Part shown: in pieces, positions 1-10,372 of the stretch
Layout: each line of letters opens with the position of its first letter
How positions within the stretch are numbered: position 1 is the first letter of the stretch
Assembly: GCA_963809485.1 (NCBI GenBank)
Contig: CAWEJX010000007.1
Coordinates: 384,001-448,000, forward strand
Direction of reading: 5' to 3'
Origin: an uncultured Acidobacteriota bacterium
GTDB lineage: Bacteria; Acidobacteriota; UBA6911
DNA: 64,000 nt
Made by a program: the position numbers and the translations under genes
Notes under the pieces: model-generated
Told to the model about the DNA's origin: nothing
The model's database searches: none
What the model saw: the letters and a program-made list of their open reading frames with translations, nothing else

Positions 1-679
1 CCAGCAGAACACTTGCCCCTCCCTTTGTTACCGCATCCGCAAAATCCCCCAGCTTGCCGGCGCCGCCCGAAGCGACGACCGGAAGGTTGACGGCGCAGCT
101 TATGGCGCAGGTGAATTCGAGATCATATCCTGCCTTGGTTCCATCCCCATCCATACTCGTGGGCAGGATCACACCGGCGCCCAGCATTTCGCATTGTTTT
201 GCCCAATCCACCGCGTCTCTGCCAACCGGCTGGGTGCCGCCGGAAATCACCAGCTCAAATCCCGATGGCACAATTTGGCTTCGGCGCGCATCAATGGCTA
301 CAGTGATGCAATCCGAGCCGAATTTTTTCGCGGCTTCGCTGATAAGAGCGGGCCGCTTAACGGCAGCGCTGTTCATGGAAACGCTTTTGGCTCCGGCCTC
401 GAGGAGCAGCTCGATATCTTCCAGTTCAGATATACCCCCGCCGACTGTCAGAGGTATATGAAGAATGGAAGCGACATTCCTTACCCACTCAATTCGGGTC
501 TTCCGGTTTTCGAGTGTGGCGGCAATATCGAGCATAGCCAGCTCGTCGGCTCCTTCCTGCTGGTAGAAGAACGCGTTCCCCACAGGGTCGCCCGCATCCA
601 CCAGGTCGGTGAAGTGAATTCCTTTAACCACACGGCCATTTTTCATGTCGAGGCACGGCATTATCCTGACCGGTTTCAT
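1..679 (-). CDS. hisF: Imidazole glycerol phosphate synthase cyclase subunit HisF (3' end runs off the window)
   Basis: Minus-strand reading from ATG at 679: MKPVRIMPCLDMKNGRVVKG...GADELAMLDI...IPLTVGGGI...TSMDGDGTKAGYDL...PVVASGGAG; AAGGAG RBS just upstream. Missing from the ORF track because it has no stop inside the window. Confidence 0.9.
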   Translation of the reverse strand, partial: MKPVRIMPCLDMKNGRVVKGIHFTDLVDAGDPVGNAFFYQQEGADELAMLDIAATLENRKTRIEWVRNVASILHIPLTVGGGISELEDIELLLEAGAKSVSMNSAAVKRPALISEAAKKFGSDCITVAIDARRSQIVPSGFELVISGGTQPVGRDAVDWAKQCEMLGAGVILPTSMDGDGTKAGYDLEFTCAISCAVNLPVVASGGAGKLGDFADAVTKGGASVLL

Positions 680-992
680 ACATGCTCCTTCAGTCCAAGT
701 ATTGGATACCTACTCGGAAAATTGTATATCTGAACAGCTTAAGAAATTCAGTTTCCAGTTCAGAGTTCCCAGTTTAAAACTGAAGTGCAACCCTGTACGC
801 TTCTTTTGTTCTCGAATCCTTCTTCTGACTTCTGACTTCCAAATCCACGGGCGCGGCGTGATGGCTTCGAATTCCATCAATTGGCACGCGCGAGGGGATT
901 TCATGAGGCGAAGCACTTGGCTGGTTTTTCAGCTTCGGGCGTAGAGAGCTTAGCTCTTAAGGCCGGGAACTCCAAGTTCAAAATCGGAACGC

Positions 993-2228
993 TTATTCAT
1001 ATCGAAGCGATTCGATGGGATCCAGCAGTGCGGCTTTGCGCGCGGGCCATACGCCAAAAACAAGCCCGATCGCGACCGAGACGCTCAATCCTGCGGCCAC
1101 AGCCCAAAAGGGAATCTGAGCCGGCAACGACGGCAATAGGGCGACAATGATATAGCTGATGGCCACCGCGAGGATGATTCCGAAAATTCCACCGACTCCC
1201 GTAAGCGTCATGGCCTCGAAAAGAAACTGCAGAACGATATCCTGCCGGGTAGCGCCGATGGCCTTTCGCACCCCGATCTCCCGGGTTCTTTCTGTGACGG
1301 AGACGAGCATGATATTCATGACCCCGATTCCCCCGACCAGCAGCCCGACGCCCGATATCGCAATTGCGATCAGCCCGACGGTTGACGTAATCGAGTCCAG
1401 CTGCTCGATGATGCGGTCGGCCGTGGTGAGATCAAAATCATTGGATTCCGACGGTTTGACTCCCCGGCGCCTGCGCAAAAGGCTCTCGATTTCATCCATG
1501 GCCGTGGAACGCAATCCCGAGTAAGCCTGGATGGTGAGGAAATGCTTGTCTTCCCATGGCATTAGGCGATGAAAGGTGCGGTACGGGACGATGACGGCTG
1601 TGTCCGTGCCGGAGTCAACGAATCCCGTCTTGCTTTTCTCCAGCACCCCCAGGACCGTAAAAGGGTGCCCCTGTATCTGTATCTGCTTCCCAAGCGGATC
1701 CGCCTCCGCGAACATTGCCTCGGCAGCATCTGCCCCAATAACCGCAACCAGCATCCGGTGGGCATCCTCCGCCTCGGAAAAGAAGCGCCCCTTTTCGATC
1801 GTCATGTTCACCACGGACAGATAGTTGGATGGCACCCCAATGAAGCTGGAGGAGCGCAAGCTGTTTCCCTTGTATTTGATCTGGACACGGGAGCCCATGG
1901 GCACTCCCTCCCATGCGACGTCCTTTACGGAAGGGCACTGCTCTTTGATGGCCTGTGCATCCTGGATCGTGAGAGGTTTGCGCTTCATTTCCTCCCGGGA
2001 CCGGCGGCCGATCGAAACCCCGGTGTTCAGGTGAAAGACATAGATATTGTTGGTGCCGTAGCTTTCCAGCTGAGCGACGATGCTCTCTCTCAGGCCGGTT
2101 AAAATGGATGCGATCACGATAACCGTGACCACACCCACGATAATCCCCAGTATGGTCAGGAAAGACCGAAACTTGTGGGCCAATATGGTTTCAAGAGCCA
2201 TGGAAAGATTTTCGCGGTAATTGACCAT
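993..2228 (-). CDS. MacB/FtsX-family ABC transporter permease
   Basis: RSFLTILGIIVGV N-terminal TM, periplasmic domain, GGIGVMNIMLVSVTERTREIGVRKAIGA, C-terminal PARKAALLDPIESLRYE. Confidence 0.9.
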   Translation of the reverse strand: MVNYRENLSMALETILAHKFRSFLTILGIIVGVVTVIVIASILTGLRESIVAQLESYGTNNIYVFHLNTGVSIGRRSREEMKRKPLTIQDAQAIKEQCPSVKDVAWEGVPMGSRVQIKYKGNSLRSSSFIGVPSNYLSVVNMTIEKGRFFSEAEDAHRMLVAVIGADAAEAMFAEADPLGKQIQIQGHPFTVLGVLEKSKTGFVDSGTDTAVIVPYRTFHRLMPWEDKHFLTIQAYSGLRSTAMDEIESLLRRRRGVKPSESNDFDLTTADRIIEQLDSITSTVGLIAIAISGVGLLVGGIGVMNIMLVSVTERTREIGVRKAIGATRQDIVLQFLFEAMTLTGVGGIFGIILAVAISYIIVALLPSLPAQIPFWAVAAGLSVSVAIGLVFGVWPARKAALLDPIESLRYE

Positions 2229-2277
2229 AGATGCCCGTTCTCGAAAACGGCGGTTTCCACCGTTCTCCGCTTGCTCC

Positions 2278-3585
2278 TTATTCTCTCATTAGCGCCACAA
2301 TAGGATTTAGCTTGGATGCCTTGTGCGCCGGGTAAATGCCGGATATCACCCCGATGCCGCCTGAAGTCAATAGTGCCATTAAAATATAGCCCAGGGTGAT
2401 ATTCATCGGCACCGGCGTTGTGTTCGCGATGATCAGGCTGATGATGTAGGCAAGCAGGATGCCGATCGCTCCTCCGGCTGAAGCCAAAAGCGCCGACTCG
2501 ATCAGGAACTGCAGCAGGATGTCGCTGCGCTTTGCCCCTACGGCCTTGCGTGTCCCTATCTCCACGGTTCTTTCGGTGACGGTCACGAGCATAATATTCA
2601 TGACCACTATTCCACCCACGATGAGCGAAATAAGAGTTATGGGAGTGATCACCATGGCAATGGCTCCCGTCAGCTGGCCCACCGCGTCCTGAAGGGCGCT
2701 GCTGGCGAGAATGTCGAAATCGTCTTCCTGGTTCGGTCTCAGTTTGTGACGTGCTCTGAGTATTTGCCGGACTTCGTCCTGAGTCGATTCCAGCGCCGCA
2801 GCCGATGGAGCCTTTACCCGGAACTGAATGGACTGACGGGGCCCATATTTCTTCAAAAACGCCGTGTAGGGAATATAAACCTTGTTATCCAGGGACTGCC
2901 CCATCATGCTGCCGTTGCGCACTTCGACGCCGATTACGGTGTAGTCGTCGCCTCCAACCTTGATTTTCTTGCCCAGCGCATCCGCAGAGCCGAAAAGGTC
3001 TTCGCGCACCTGGGACCCGATAATGGCATTGCGCCGGGCAGAAGACACATCAAAACTGGAAATGAAGCGACCCTCCGCAAGCTCCAGTTCCTGGATTTTG
3101 GGCAGGTCCTCGTTTACGCCTGTGATGCTGGCGTCATAAAACGTGCTGCTGCCCCGTTTGACATCATCGGTCCCGTTCAGCGTGGTGGAAATGGCGTCAC
3201 ATCCGTCGCACCTTTCCTCCACTGCCCTCATGTCCGCAGGATAGAGGCTCTTGTTGCGTTTGATGATCTTTTCAAAATCCTCGTTCGATACGTTCACCCT
3301 CGCAAAACGTGCCACAATGAATGCGTTGCTGCCGAATGAGGAAACTACCCGATCCGAAACATAACTGCCCAATCCTTCGATGGCGCCTCCGACCGTAACA
3401 ACCGATGCCACGCCGATAATAATGCCCAGCAGCGTGAGCACGGAACGCAGCTTATGGGCCCAGATTGAATCCACCGCTATGCGGAAGGCTTCCCACAAGG
3501 CAGCCCCGGAGCGCCTGGTTTTTTTTCGTTCCCGCGCTTCCATCATCATTGCCGGGAATTCAAGTTCGGTCGATTCCACATGCAT
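2278..3585 (-). CDS. MacB/FtsX-family ABC transporter permease (start uncertain)
   Basis: LRSVLTLLGIIIGV; GGIVVMNIMLVTVTERTVEIGTRKAVGA; PAHKASKLNPIVALMRE. Confidence 0.88.
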   Translation of the reverse strand: MHVESTELEFPAMMMEARERKKTRRSGAALWEAFRIAVDSIWAHKLRSVLTLLGIIIGVASVVTVGGAIEGLGSYVSDRVVSSFGSNAFIVARFARVNVSNEDFEKIIKRNKSLYPADMRAVEERCDGCDAISTTLNGTDDVKRGSSTFYDASITGVNEDLPKIQELELAEGRFISSFDVSSARRNAIIGSQVREDLFGSADALGKKIKVGGDDYTVIGVEVRNGSMMGQSLDNKVYIPYTAFLKKYGPRQSIQFRVKAPSAAALESTQDEVRQILRARHKLRPNQEDDFDILASSALQDAVGQLTGAIAMVITPITLISLIVGGIVVMNIMLVTVTERTVEIGTRKAVGAKRSDILLQFLIESALLASAGGAIGILLAYIISLIIANTTPVPMNITLGYILMALLTSGGIGVISGIYPAHKASKLNPIVALMRE

Positions 3586-3666
3586 AATTCTTTTCCTACT
3601 GAGCCGGCTCCACGCAGCCAACTTTATTTATACGTTCGAGCATCCCGAAATGTTCTGGCTTTTCAC

Positions 3667-5310
3667 CTACTTGGAAGCAACTTGTTCCTGTGCACGATTC
3701 CCGCCGGTTTTGCTATTTTGGGCCGCGGTCTTTGCGCCCGGTCCGGCGGAATTTTGCGGGGTTTTCGAGGAAGCGGACCTGCTTGAACTCGGGGTTTTGG
3801 CGGAAACCTTTTTCGTTTCTTTTGAGGTTACAGGGCGAGGAGGAACCTGAAGCCACGTTCCTGCAATTATTTTCTTCTTGACGGATATATTGTTGGCTTT
3901 TGCAAGATCATCAACCGAAACGCGATAGCGTGCCGCAATTTTGCTGAGATTTTCACCCCGGCGCACTTTGTGCCGGCCTTCATATTCGGGCACCACCTTG
4001 ATCCTGGCCGCCGGCAGGGAAGCCAGCTGCTCCTGGATCCCGGGATCCACATCCACGGGTACTTTCAGCTGGTAGCCGGGGTAGTTGGCCGGAGTCGTTA
4101 ATCCCCGCAGGGCCGGATTCAGTCTTTTGAGCTCGTCCAGCGAGATGCTCAGGACCTTGGCTGCGGCGCGGAGGTCGATCGGCTTCGACACGGATACTTC
4201 AGTGTACTGAAGCGGCGGATGCAATTCCGTGGGAAAGCCGTATTTTTCGGGATTGCGTCCCAGAATAACGCTGGCCTGGATCAGTGGGACGTGATTCTTA
4301 GTCTCCAGCGGGACTTTTCGCTTCAGATCTATCAACTGCCAGAAGTCGTTGACGCCCGTGTTTTTGATCAAACGCCTGACTTTCCCCTCACCCCAGTTAT
4401 AGGCGGCCAGGGCAAGGTTCCAGTCCTTGAACATATCGAAAAGGTCGTTAAGATATCGGGCCGCAGCGCGCGTTGATTTCTCGGGATCCGAGCGCTCATC
4501 CACGTCGCGCGTCACCTTGAGCCCGTAGCGCACGGCCGTTCCCTTTTTAAATTGCCATATGCCCTTGGCTTTGGCCTTGGAGACCGCTTGAATTTTAAAC
4601 AAGCTCTCGACCTGAGCCAGATACATCAGGTCCAGGGGAACGGATTCCTCCCGGAATACCTTTTCGATGATCGGGCGGTACTGCCCTGAACGTAGCAGGC
4701 CATCCTCGAAGTATCTGCGGCCGCCATTCAGCCAGTAATTCAGGGACTTCATCACCATTTCGTTGATCGTGATCGGGATCTCGTATTTGTGATTTGCCAG
4801 ATCAAGGGCCAGGGCATCCTGAAATGCCGGGTCGACATTTATGGGGATCAGGTCCAGCTTTTCCAGTTCATCCACAACGGCGCTTTCGACCTCATCTTCG
4901 GGCTCGGAAGGCACCAGAAGATAGCGGGATTCATCTTCCTGGATTCGGCGGATCAGGTCCTGAAAAAAACTGTTGAGCATCGGCGTGGAAGCCAGGTCCC
5001 AGTTCGACCGCAGGAGCATGTCCACGGCTTCATTGAAGGACTCACGCGCCTGCTCCGAATCGCCCGACTTAATCTGGTTGGAGCCCTCCAGGTACCTGGA
5101 CCGGGAAGCGCGCATAAGCTCCGAGAGGCCCGCCGGGATATTGGGATTATTCAGGGCATACGGCATTTCAGCCAGCGTCGAGAGCGGCTCTGTCGGTAGC
5201 GCAACAGGACTGAGCCCGCTGACAGTCATTGCAGGCAGGTACAGGCAACAAAAAGCCAGTATCAAATGAACCGGCCAGGGTCTCTTCTTGGTCTTTCGGC
5301 GTATGGTCAT
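3667..5310 (-). CDS. MltD-like lytic murein transglycosylase with LysM domain (start approximate)
   Basis: SLT motifs LAQVES, AKGIWQF, LAAYNWGEG; LysM HKVRRGENLSKIAARYRVS; low-complexity K/S/A tail. Confidence 0.88.
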   Translation of the reverse strand: MTIRRKTKKRPWPVHLILAFCCLYLPAMTVSGLSPVALPTEPLSTLAEMPYALNNPNIPAGLSELMRASRSRYLEGSNQIKSGDSEQARESFNEAVDMLLRSNWDLASTPMLNSFFQDLIRRIQEDESRYLLVPSEPEDEVESAVVDELEKLDLIPINVDPAFQDALALDLANHKYEIPITINEMVMKSLNYWLNGGRRYFEDGLLRSGQYRPIIEKVFREESVPLDLMYLAQVESLFKIQAVSKAKAKGIWQFKKGTAVRYGLKVTRDVDERSDPEKSTRAAARYLNDLFDMFKDWNLALAAYNWGEGKVRRLIKNTGVNDFWQLIDLKRKVPLETKNHVPLIQASVILGRNPEKYGFPTELHPPLQYTEVSVSKPIDLRAAAKVLSISLDELKRLNPALRGLTTPANYPGYQLKVPVDVDPGIQEQLASLPAARIKVVPEYEGRHKVRRGENLSKIAARYRVSVDDLAKANNISVKKKIIAGTWLQVPPRPVTSKETKKVSAKTPSSSRSASSKTPQNSAGPGAKTAAQNSKTGGNRAQEQVASK

Positions 5311-5529
5311 GCTGGTTTTTATGCAAGCCTGCGTAATAGCTCTTTCCCGCGCCACTAACCCGGATCCGGAATACATATAATTCAATTCCGGTGAAATGCC
5401 AATGATTTTTCGCAGAAGGTCAGCCCCCGCTTTTTCTTACGCGGCCTTCTCAATTCCCGGCAAAAATCATTCCTCACTGAAGCCCCGACATGCTGTCTTT
5501 CAAGTCCGGATTATGTACCGGACACCGAA

Positions 5530-7194
5530 TTATTTGACCTTATTATGCGCGGCCGGGATTGTCCGCCCTGAGGTCATCAGCAATTTGGCTTCGGGCAGAA
5601 CCTCCAAAGCCTTCAAAACTTGCGCGTCTCCCTGTATGGCAATTTTAAAGCCTTCCTGAAGCCCGAAGGATGACGTGTAAACTTCCTGCTTTATTCGTCT
5701 CTTAATATAATCGACATTATTCCGGATATCCTCGTCAATAAAATCGACGCGCCGGTCACGCAGAAATTGTTTGAAGTCGGCCAGTATGGCATCGGTTATT
5801 TCCAAATTTGGCAATGGATTGGAGGCTTTCCCATCCGGCGCTGCGGCTTCGCTGCCTGTGAAGCGAAAATGACCGGCCGACGGCACCTGTCCCGAAGTGA
5901 GGCGCCGGGCATATTGAAAAAAGATATCCTTCGAGGAAAGGAGCCCCTCAAATCGGTTCAATTCCCGAGCGGGCTCAATAATATCCGGCGTAATGCCTCC
6001 TCCCCCGTAGACCTTGCGTCCGCTGTCCGTATACCTTATTTCCCTGTCCTCTTTGCTATCCGGGACGGAATTGTCACCTTCCATGTAATAATATTCAAAT
6101 GTAGATCCTGAATAGTCGCGCTGGATCAGCCTTCCGCTCGGGGTGTAATACTTGGCGGTAGTGAGGGCCATTCCCGTGTCGTTCGCCAGGGTGTATACGG
6201 ATTGCACCAGGCCTTTGCCGAAACTCGCCTCACCGACAATGAGAGCCCTATCGTGATCCTGAAGGGCGCCGGCGACGATTTCCGAAGCGCTGGCGCTGTG
6301 CCGGTTAATCAAAACCACGAGAGGCACGCCGATCTTGTCCGTACTGGGAGCGCGATAGGCTTTAGCGGATCCCTCCGCTCGCCCCTTGGTGGATACAACC
6401 ATTTCCCCGCGTGGGAGGAATAAATCGGAAATCTCGATTGCCTGGTTCAACAGGCCGCCGGGATTGTCCCGAAGATCGAGGACCAGGCCGGATATGTGGT
6501 TGCTTTCCAATTCTTTAAGCTTGGACCTGAGCTCGTCGGCCGTAGATTCGGAAAAGCGATCGATTTTGACATAACCGACTCCCGGCTTTATCTCGAACGC
6601 GTAGGGAACCGTTACCAGAGGGATCTCATCCCGCTCCACAGTGAGTTGAAGGGGATCTCTCAAGCCTGGCCGCTCGACCGTAATGCTCACCATGGTTCCG
6701 CGCGGTCCGCGCAGGTGATTCACTACTTCATCCGAAGTCCAGTCATCGATCGATTCTCCCTCGATCTTGGAGATAACGTCACCCGCGCGCAGTCCTTTCC
6801 GTTCCGCCGGAGAGCCGATAGCCGGAGGCTCGACAATCACGACTCGGCCCCGATCGCGGAGAAGAGGACGCACGCGAATTCCCAGGCCGAAATATTTGCT
6901 GTGCTGTTCTTCCCGGAGGCGCGAAAACTCTTTGGGATCGAAGAAACTGGAATGGGGGTCCAAAACCCGAAGCATGCCCTTTATGGCGCTGTACACCAGT
7001 TTGTCGGGGCCCACCTTATCCACATAGGTTTGCTGGATTACGTCCAGGGCCTCCGTAAAATTTGTCAGGAATTCGTTGGGTGAAGTGTAATTGGGTGCTC
7101 CGGCCTTTGCCGCAGCCCTGCCTCCCAGCAAACCGCCGGCCAGGGAAGACAGGAGAACAACCAGGATCAAGAGAACGGCAAATCTGTGCTTCAT
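5530..7194 (-). CDS. S41 family C-terminal processing peptidase (CtpA/Prc-like) with PDZ domain
   Basis: LDPHS, GLGI, LDLRDNPGGLL, SASASEIVAGALQD, SFGKGLVQ, AKYYTPSGR; signal peptide from ATG 7194. Confidence 0.92.
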   Translation of the reverse strand: MKHRFAVLLILVVLLSSLAGGLLGGRAAAKAGAPNYTSPNEFLTNFTEALDVIQQTYVDKVGPDKLVYSAIKGMLRVLDPHSSFFDPKEFSRLREEQHSKYFGLGIRVRPLLRDRGRVVIVEPPAIGSPAERKGLRAGDVISKIEGESIDDWTSDEVVNHLRGPRGTMVSITVERPGLRDPLQLTVERDEIPLVTVPYAFEIKPGVGYVKIDRFSESTADELRSKLKELESNHISGLVLDLRDNPGGLLNQAIEISDLFLPRGEMVVSTKGRAEGSAKAYRAPSTDKIGVPLVVLINRHSASASEIVAGALQDHDRALIVGEASFGKGLVQSVYTLANDTGMALTTAKYYTPSGRLIQRDYSGSTFEYYYMEGDNSVPDSKEDREIRYTDSGRKVYGGGGITPDIIEPARELNRFEGLLSSKDIFFQYARRLTSGQVPSAGHFRFTGSEAAAPDGKASNPLPNLEITDAILADFKQFLRDRRVDFIDEDIRNNVDYIKRRIKQEVYTSSFGLQEGFKIAIQGDAQVLKALEVLPEAKLLMTSGRTIPAAHNKVK

Positions 7195-7382
7195 AAAGGG
7201 TTGGCTCCGATAGTGGACCTTCCAAGCTTGAAGAGTATAGCATGCGGCGAATTGCCGTGACAATATTCAAAAGAAGTCTTTGAATCCGGAGGGTGCGGCC
7301 ACATGGCTTGACTTCCGATTTTTGCTAATCTAGACTTGAACTACAAATATTGGCAGGGAACCGCCGGGAAAGCAGGTGCAGC

Positions 7383-7691
7383 ATGGGCTCTCTTGGGATG
7401 CAGGAAATTATCATTATATTTGTTCTTGCCCTAATCATCTTCGGCCCGCGAAAGCTGCCGGAACTCGGGAAATCGCTGGGAAAGGGCCTCGCCGAATTCA
7501 AAAAGGCTTCCAACGAGCTTAAGCAAACCTGGGAAGATGAGGTAAGGCTCGACAAGGAAAAAGAGGCGCTGTCCGAAATTGTCAAGGACAGCTCAATTCA
7601 GCCATCCGAAATCCTCGGGGATAGCTCAACTCCGCTATCCGAAACCCCTAAGGAAGAAACCAACTCCGTAGGATCAAAAGAAACTCAATGA
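7383..7691 (+). CDS. tatA: Twin-arginine translocase TatA/TatB subunit
   Basis: MGSLGMQEIIIIFVLALIIFGPRKLPELGKSLGKGLAEFKKA; directly upstream of tatC. Confidence 0.9.
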   Translation: MGSLGMQEIIIIFVLALIIFGPRKLPELGKSLGKGLAEFKKASNELKQTWEDEVRLDKEKEALSEIVKDSSIQPSEILGDSSTPLSETPKEETNSVGSKETQ

Positions 7692-8480
7692 GTGATGAGA
7701 CTGCGGAGTTAAAAGCTGAGAACGGTTCGCAGGAACCGGAAAGCGAATCCGGGAAGATGTCCTTTCTCGAGCATCTCGACGAGCTTCGCAAACGGCTGGT
7801 TCACGTTGCCTGTTTTATAGGGATCGGATTCATTGCCTGCTGGTTTTTTGCAAGGCCAATTTACGACTTTCTGGCAGTTCCACTAGCCAAAGCCCTTCCC
7901 GAGGGAACCAAGCTCGCATATACAAAGCCCACCGATCCATTCACTCTATATATGAAGGTGGCCATGCTGGGGAGCATCTTTTTGACGCTTCCGCTGACCC
8001 TCTATGAAGTGTGGAAATTTATTGCGCCCGGTCTCTATAGAAAAGAAAAGAAATATGTGGTGCCCTTTCTTGCATTTTCGATAATCCTTTTCGTCGGCGG
8101 GGCGGCTTTCTGCTACTACATAGTTCTTCCGGCAGCCTATCAGTTTTTGATAAATCTTGGAGCGTCCTTCACTCCGGTGATCAAGGTCGACGAATACCTT
8201 GATCAGACGAACATGATGCTCCTGGGCTTCGGGCTGATTTTTGAAATGCCTGTCGTGGTGGCCTTCCTTATCGATCTTCGGCCTTGTCAGCGCCGATTTC
8301 CTGTGGAGAAAATTCAAATACGCGATGGTGGGCATCGTTGCGCTGGCCGCCGTTTTGTCGCCGACCGGGGATGCCTTCAACCTGCTCCTATGGTCGGCCC
8401 CAATGGTACTTCTATATATTGTCAGCATTGGAGTTGCAGCCATCCTTGGCTGGAAGCGAAAATCCAAAGGCCTTGTTTAA
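7688..8480 (+). CDS. tatC: Twin-arginine translocase TatC, split by a +1 frameshift near 8270 (probable assembly indel)
   Basis: MSFLEHLDELRKRL, WKFIAPGLY, GLIFEMPVV in one frame; C-terminus SIFGLVSADFLWRKFKYA...LSPTGD...LYIVSI continues in the 8241..8480 frame. Confidence 0.88.
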
Positions 8481-8527
8481 AATCTATTTTATGGGATCGG
8501 CAGAAACCTCCTGAAACGCCGCCAATT

Positions 8528-9571
8528 TTACGATTCTCGCGCGAAGTAATCCTGCAGTATTTCAAAAAATTCCTCAGTTGTTCGAGCAGCGTGAATCTGC
8601 GCTCTGAGCCGGGTGCTTCCCGGAAATCCTTTGGACAGATAGCCCCCAGCCCGCTTGATTCTTCCCAGGGCAGCAGGGGCGGGAGAATCCAGGCTCACGC
8701 GCTTCAGGAATCGGATCATAAAATCAGCCTTTTCAGCCGGACCCACCTGTTTTACGGACCTGCCGTTCATGTGGTCCCAGCACTGCCGGATCAACCATGG
8801 ATTGCTCAGGACGCCGCGACCAAGCATAACGCCGTCCACGCCGGTTTGCTCGAACATGCGCACGGCATCCGCCGGATCAAAAACGTCTCCATTGCCCATG
8901 ACCGGTATTTGCGCCTGCTCTTTCACCCGGGCGATTACGCCCCAATCCGAATGCCCGGAAAACAGGTCCGAACGGGTCCGGCCGTGAATTGCCAGGGCTT
9001 CGACGCCGCAGCCTTCGGCCAGCTTCAGCACTTCCACGGCATTAATGGAGTTTCGGTCCCACCCCGAGCGGATTTTGACCGTTAGCGGCACCCGGATTGC
9101 CTTTCGCACCGCTTTAAGAATTTTTTCCATGAGAGGGAGGTCGCGCAGCAGGTTGCTTCCTCCTCCTTGCCTTACAACCTTTTTGACGGGACACCCCAGA
9201 TTAATGTCCACGATATCAGCGCCCATCGCTTCCACCATGGCCGCGGACTCAGCCATACGGACGCTATCGGAACCGAAAATCTGGATGGAAATGGGGCGTT
9301 CTGTGTCTTCGAACCGGGTTAATCGATACGTCCCGGTGTTGTTCCGCCCGGCATTGTTCCGCCCGGCATTGTTCCGCCCGGCATTGTTCCGCCCGGCATC
9401 TTGCCGCCCGGCATCTTGCCGCGTCATTCCTTCGGTGCTGACCAGCTCGGAGACCACCAATCCGCATCCGCCCAGGCCCTTGACAACCTGGCGGAAGAGC
9501 GAATCCGTGTGCCCGGCCACCGGCGCCAGGACGAGCGGAGGCTCAACCACAATGTCGCGGATTTTGAACAT
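8528..9571 (-). CDS. dusB: tRNA-dihydrouridine synthase (DusB-like) with an internal pentapeptide repeat
   Basis: LAPVAGHTD, IQIFGSD, DINLGCPVKKV, TVKIRSGWD, AIHGRTR, MGNGDV, VMLGRG. Confidence 0.88.
   Translation of the reverse strand: MFKIRDIVVEPPLVLAPVAGHTDSLFRQVVKGLGGCGLVVSELVSTEGMTRQDAGRQDAGRNNAGRNNAGRNNAGRNNTGTYRLTRFEDTERPISIQIFGSDSVRMAESAAMVEAMGADIVDINLGCPVKKVVRQGGGSNLLRDLPLMEKILKAVRKAIRVPLTVKIRSGWDRNSINAVEVLKLAEGCGVEALAIHGRTRSDLFSGHSDWGVIARVKEQAQIPVMGNGDVFDPADAVRMFEQTGVDGVMLGRGVLSNPWLIRQCWDHMNGRSVKQVGPAEKADFMIRFLKRVSLDSPAPAALGRIKRAGGYLSKGFPGSTRLRAQIHAARTTEEFFEILQDYFARES
9332..9421. repeat. In-frame 15-bp tandem repeat, 6 units (CCCGGCATTGTTCCG / CCCGGCATCTTGCCG variants), inside dusB
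   Basis: Directly visible; encodes RQDAG-RQDAG-RNNAG-RNNAG-RNNAG-RNNTG. Confidence 0.95.
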
Positions 9572-9725
9572 GGATCAATTATATCAGCGCCGGCAACCGA
9601 TGAAGAGAAAAGGCGCGGAGGGGGGACGGTTGCGCGCCGGCACGTCTTCCGTTGACAAATGAGGCGCATGGCGGAGTCAGGGATATTCAAGCGCGTAACA
9701 TATCCCGGAGAGATACACTCGAGGC

Positions 9726-9757
9726 CGGGAGGACGGACTCGAGGACTCGTCCTCCCG
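9726..9757. terminator. GC-rich hairpin between sod and dusB (possible terminator)
   Basis: CGGGAGGACG...CGTCCTCCCG 10-bp stem; no U-tract on the sod strand. Confidence 0.35.
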
Positions 9758-9778
9758 TTTCACAATCCAGAAACTAGG

Positions 9779-10372
9779 CTAACGAGACGCCTGTTCGAAT
9801 CGTTTCTGAGCGGCGGACCAGTCGATGGCCTTGAAGAAAGCCTCGATGTAATCGGCCCGCTTCAAGCCAAAGTCGATCATGAAGGCGTGCTCAAAAACAT
9901 CCATGATGAGGATGGGCGCCGCTGCTGCAAGATGCCCGCCGTCATGCTCACCAATCCATGTGTTCAGGAGCTGGTTGCCCGCGGCATCGTAGTAAAGCAC
10001 AGTCCAACCGATGCCCCGCATCGCGCCGACGGCTTTGAAGAGTTTCTCCCAGTTTTCAAAAGAACCGAAATCCTCCGCGATTTTTGCGCAAAGCCCGGAG
10101 TTCTTGTCCAGCGCGATGCCGCCCTTGACCATGTTCCCGAAATACAGTTCGTGAAGCCTCATTCCGTCGAATTCCCAGCCAAACCGGCGCTTGAGTTCGG
10201 CATACTGGGGCGTCGCCGCTTTGCCCTGCTTCTCCAGTTCGGCAAACTCCTCCATCAGCTTGTTGGTATTGGTTACATATCCGTTGTAGAGAGTGAAGTG
10301 GTTGGTTAACAGCTGGTTGCTAAAACCCTCCGCGCCCAGCAGCTTTTCAAAATTAATCGCCTGGTACTTCAT
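9779..10372 (-). CDS. Fe/Mn superoxide dismutase
   Basis: NHFTLYNGYV, LHELYFGNM, MDVFEHAF metal-ligand motifs. Confidence 0.88.
   Translation of the reverse strand: MKYQAINFEKLLGAEGFSNQLLTNHFTLYNGYVTNTNKLMEEFAELEKQGKAATPQYAELKRRFGWEFDGMRLHELYFGNMVKGGIALDKNSGLCAKIAEDFGSFENWEKLFKAVGAMRGIGWTVLYYDAAGNQLLNTWIGEHDGGHLAAAAPILIMDVFEHAFMIDFGLKRADYIEAFFKAIDWSAAQKRFEQASR

Noticed and set aside
733-990. ncRNA or riboswitch upstream of hisF
   Set aside because: Only short TTCTGAC-type tandem repeats; no tRNA, tmRNA or riboswitch consensus recognised
7688-9085. 465-aa TatC with a long C-terminal extension
   Set aside because: Frameshift read-through into antisense dusB; the true TatC C-terminus is in another frame ending at 8480
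9332-9421. CRISPR array
   Set aside because: Contiguous 15-bp tandem units with no spacers, in frame within dusB; no cas genes in the window
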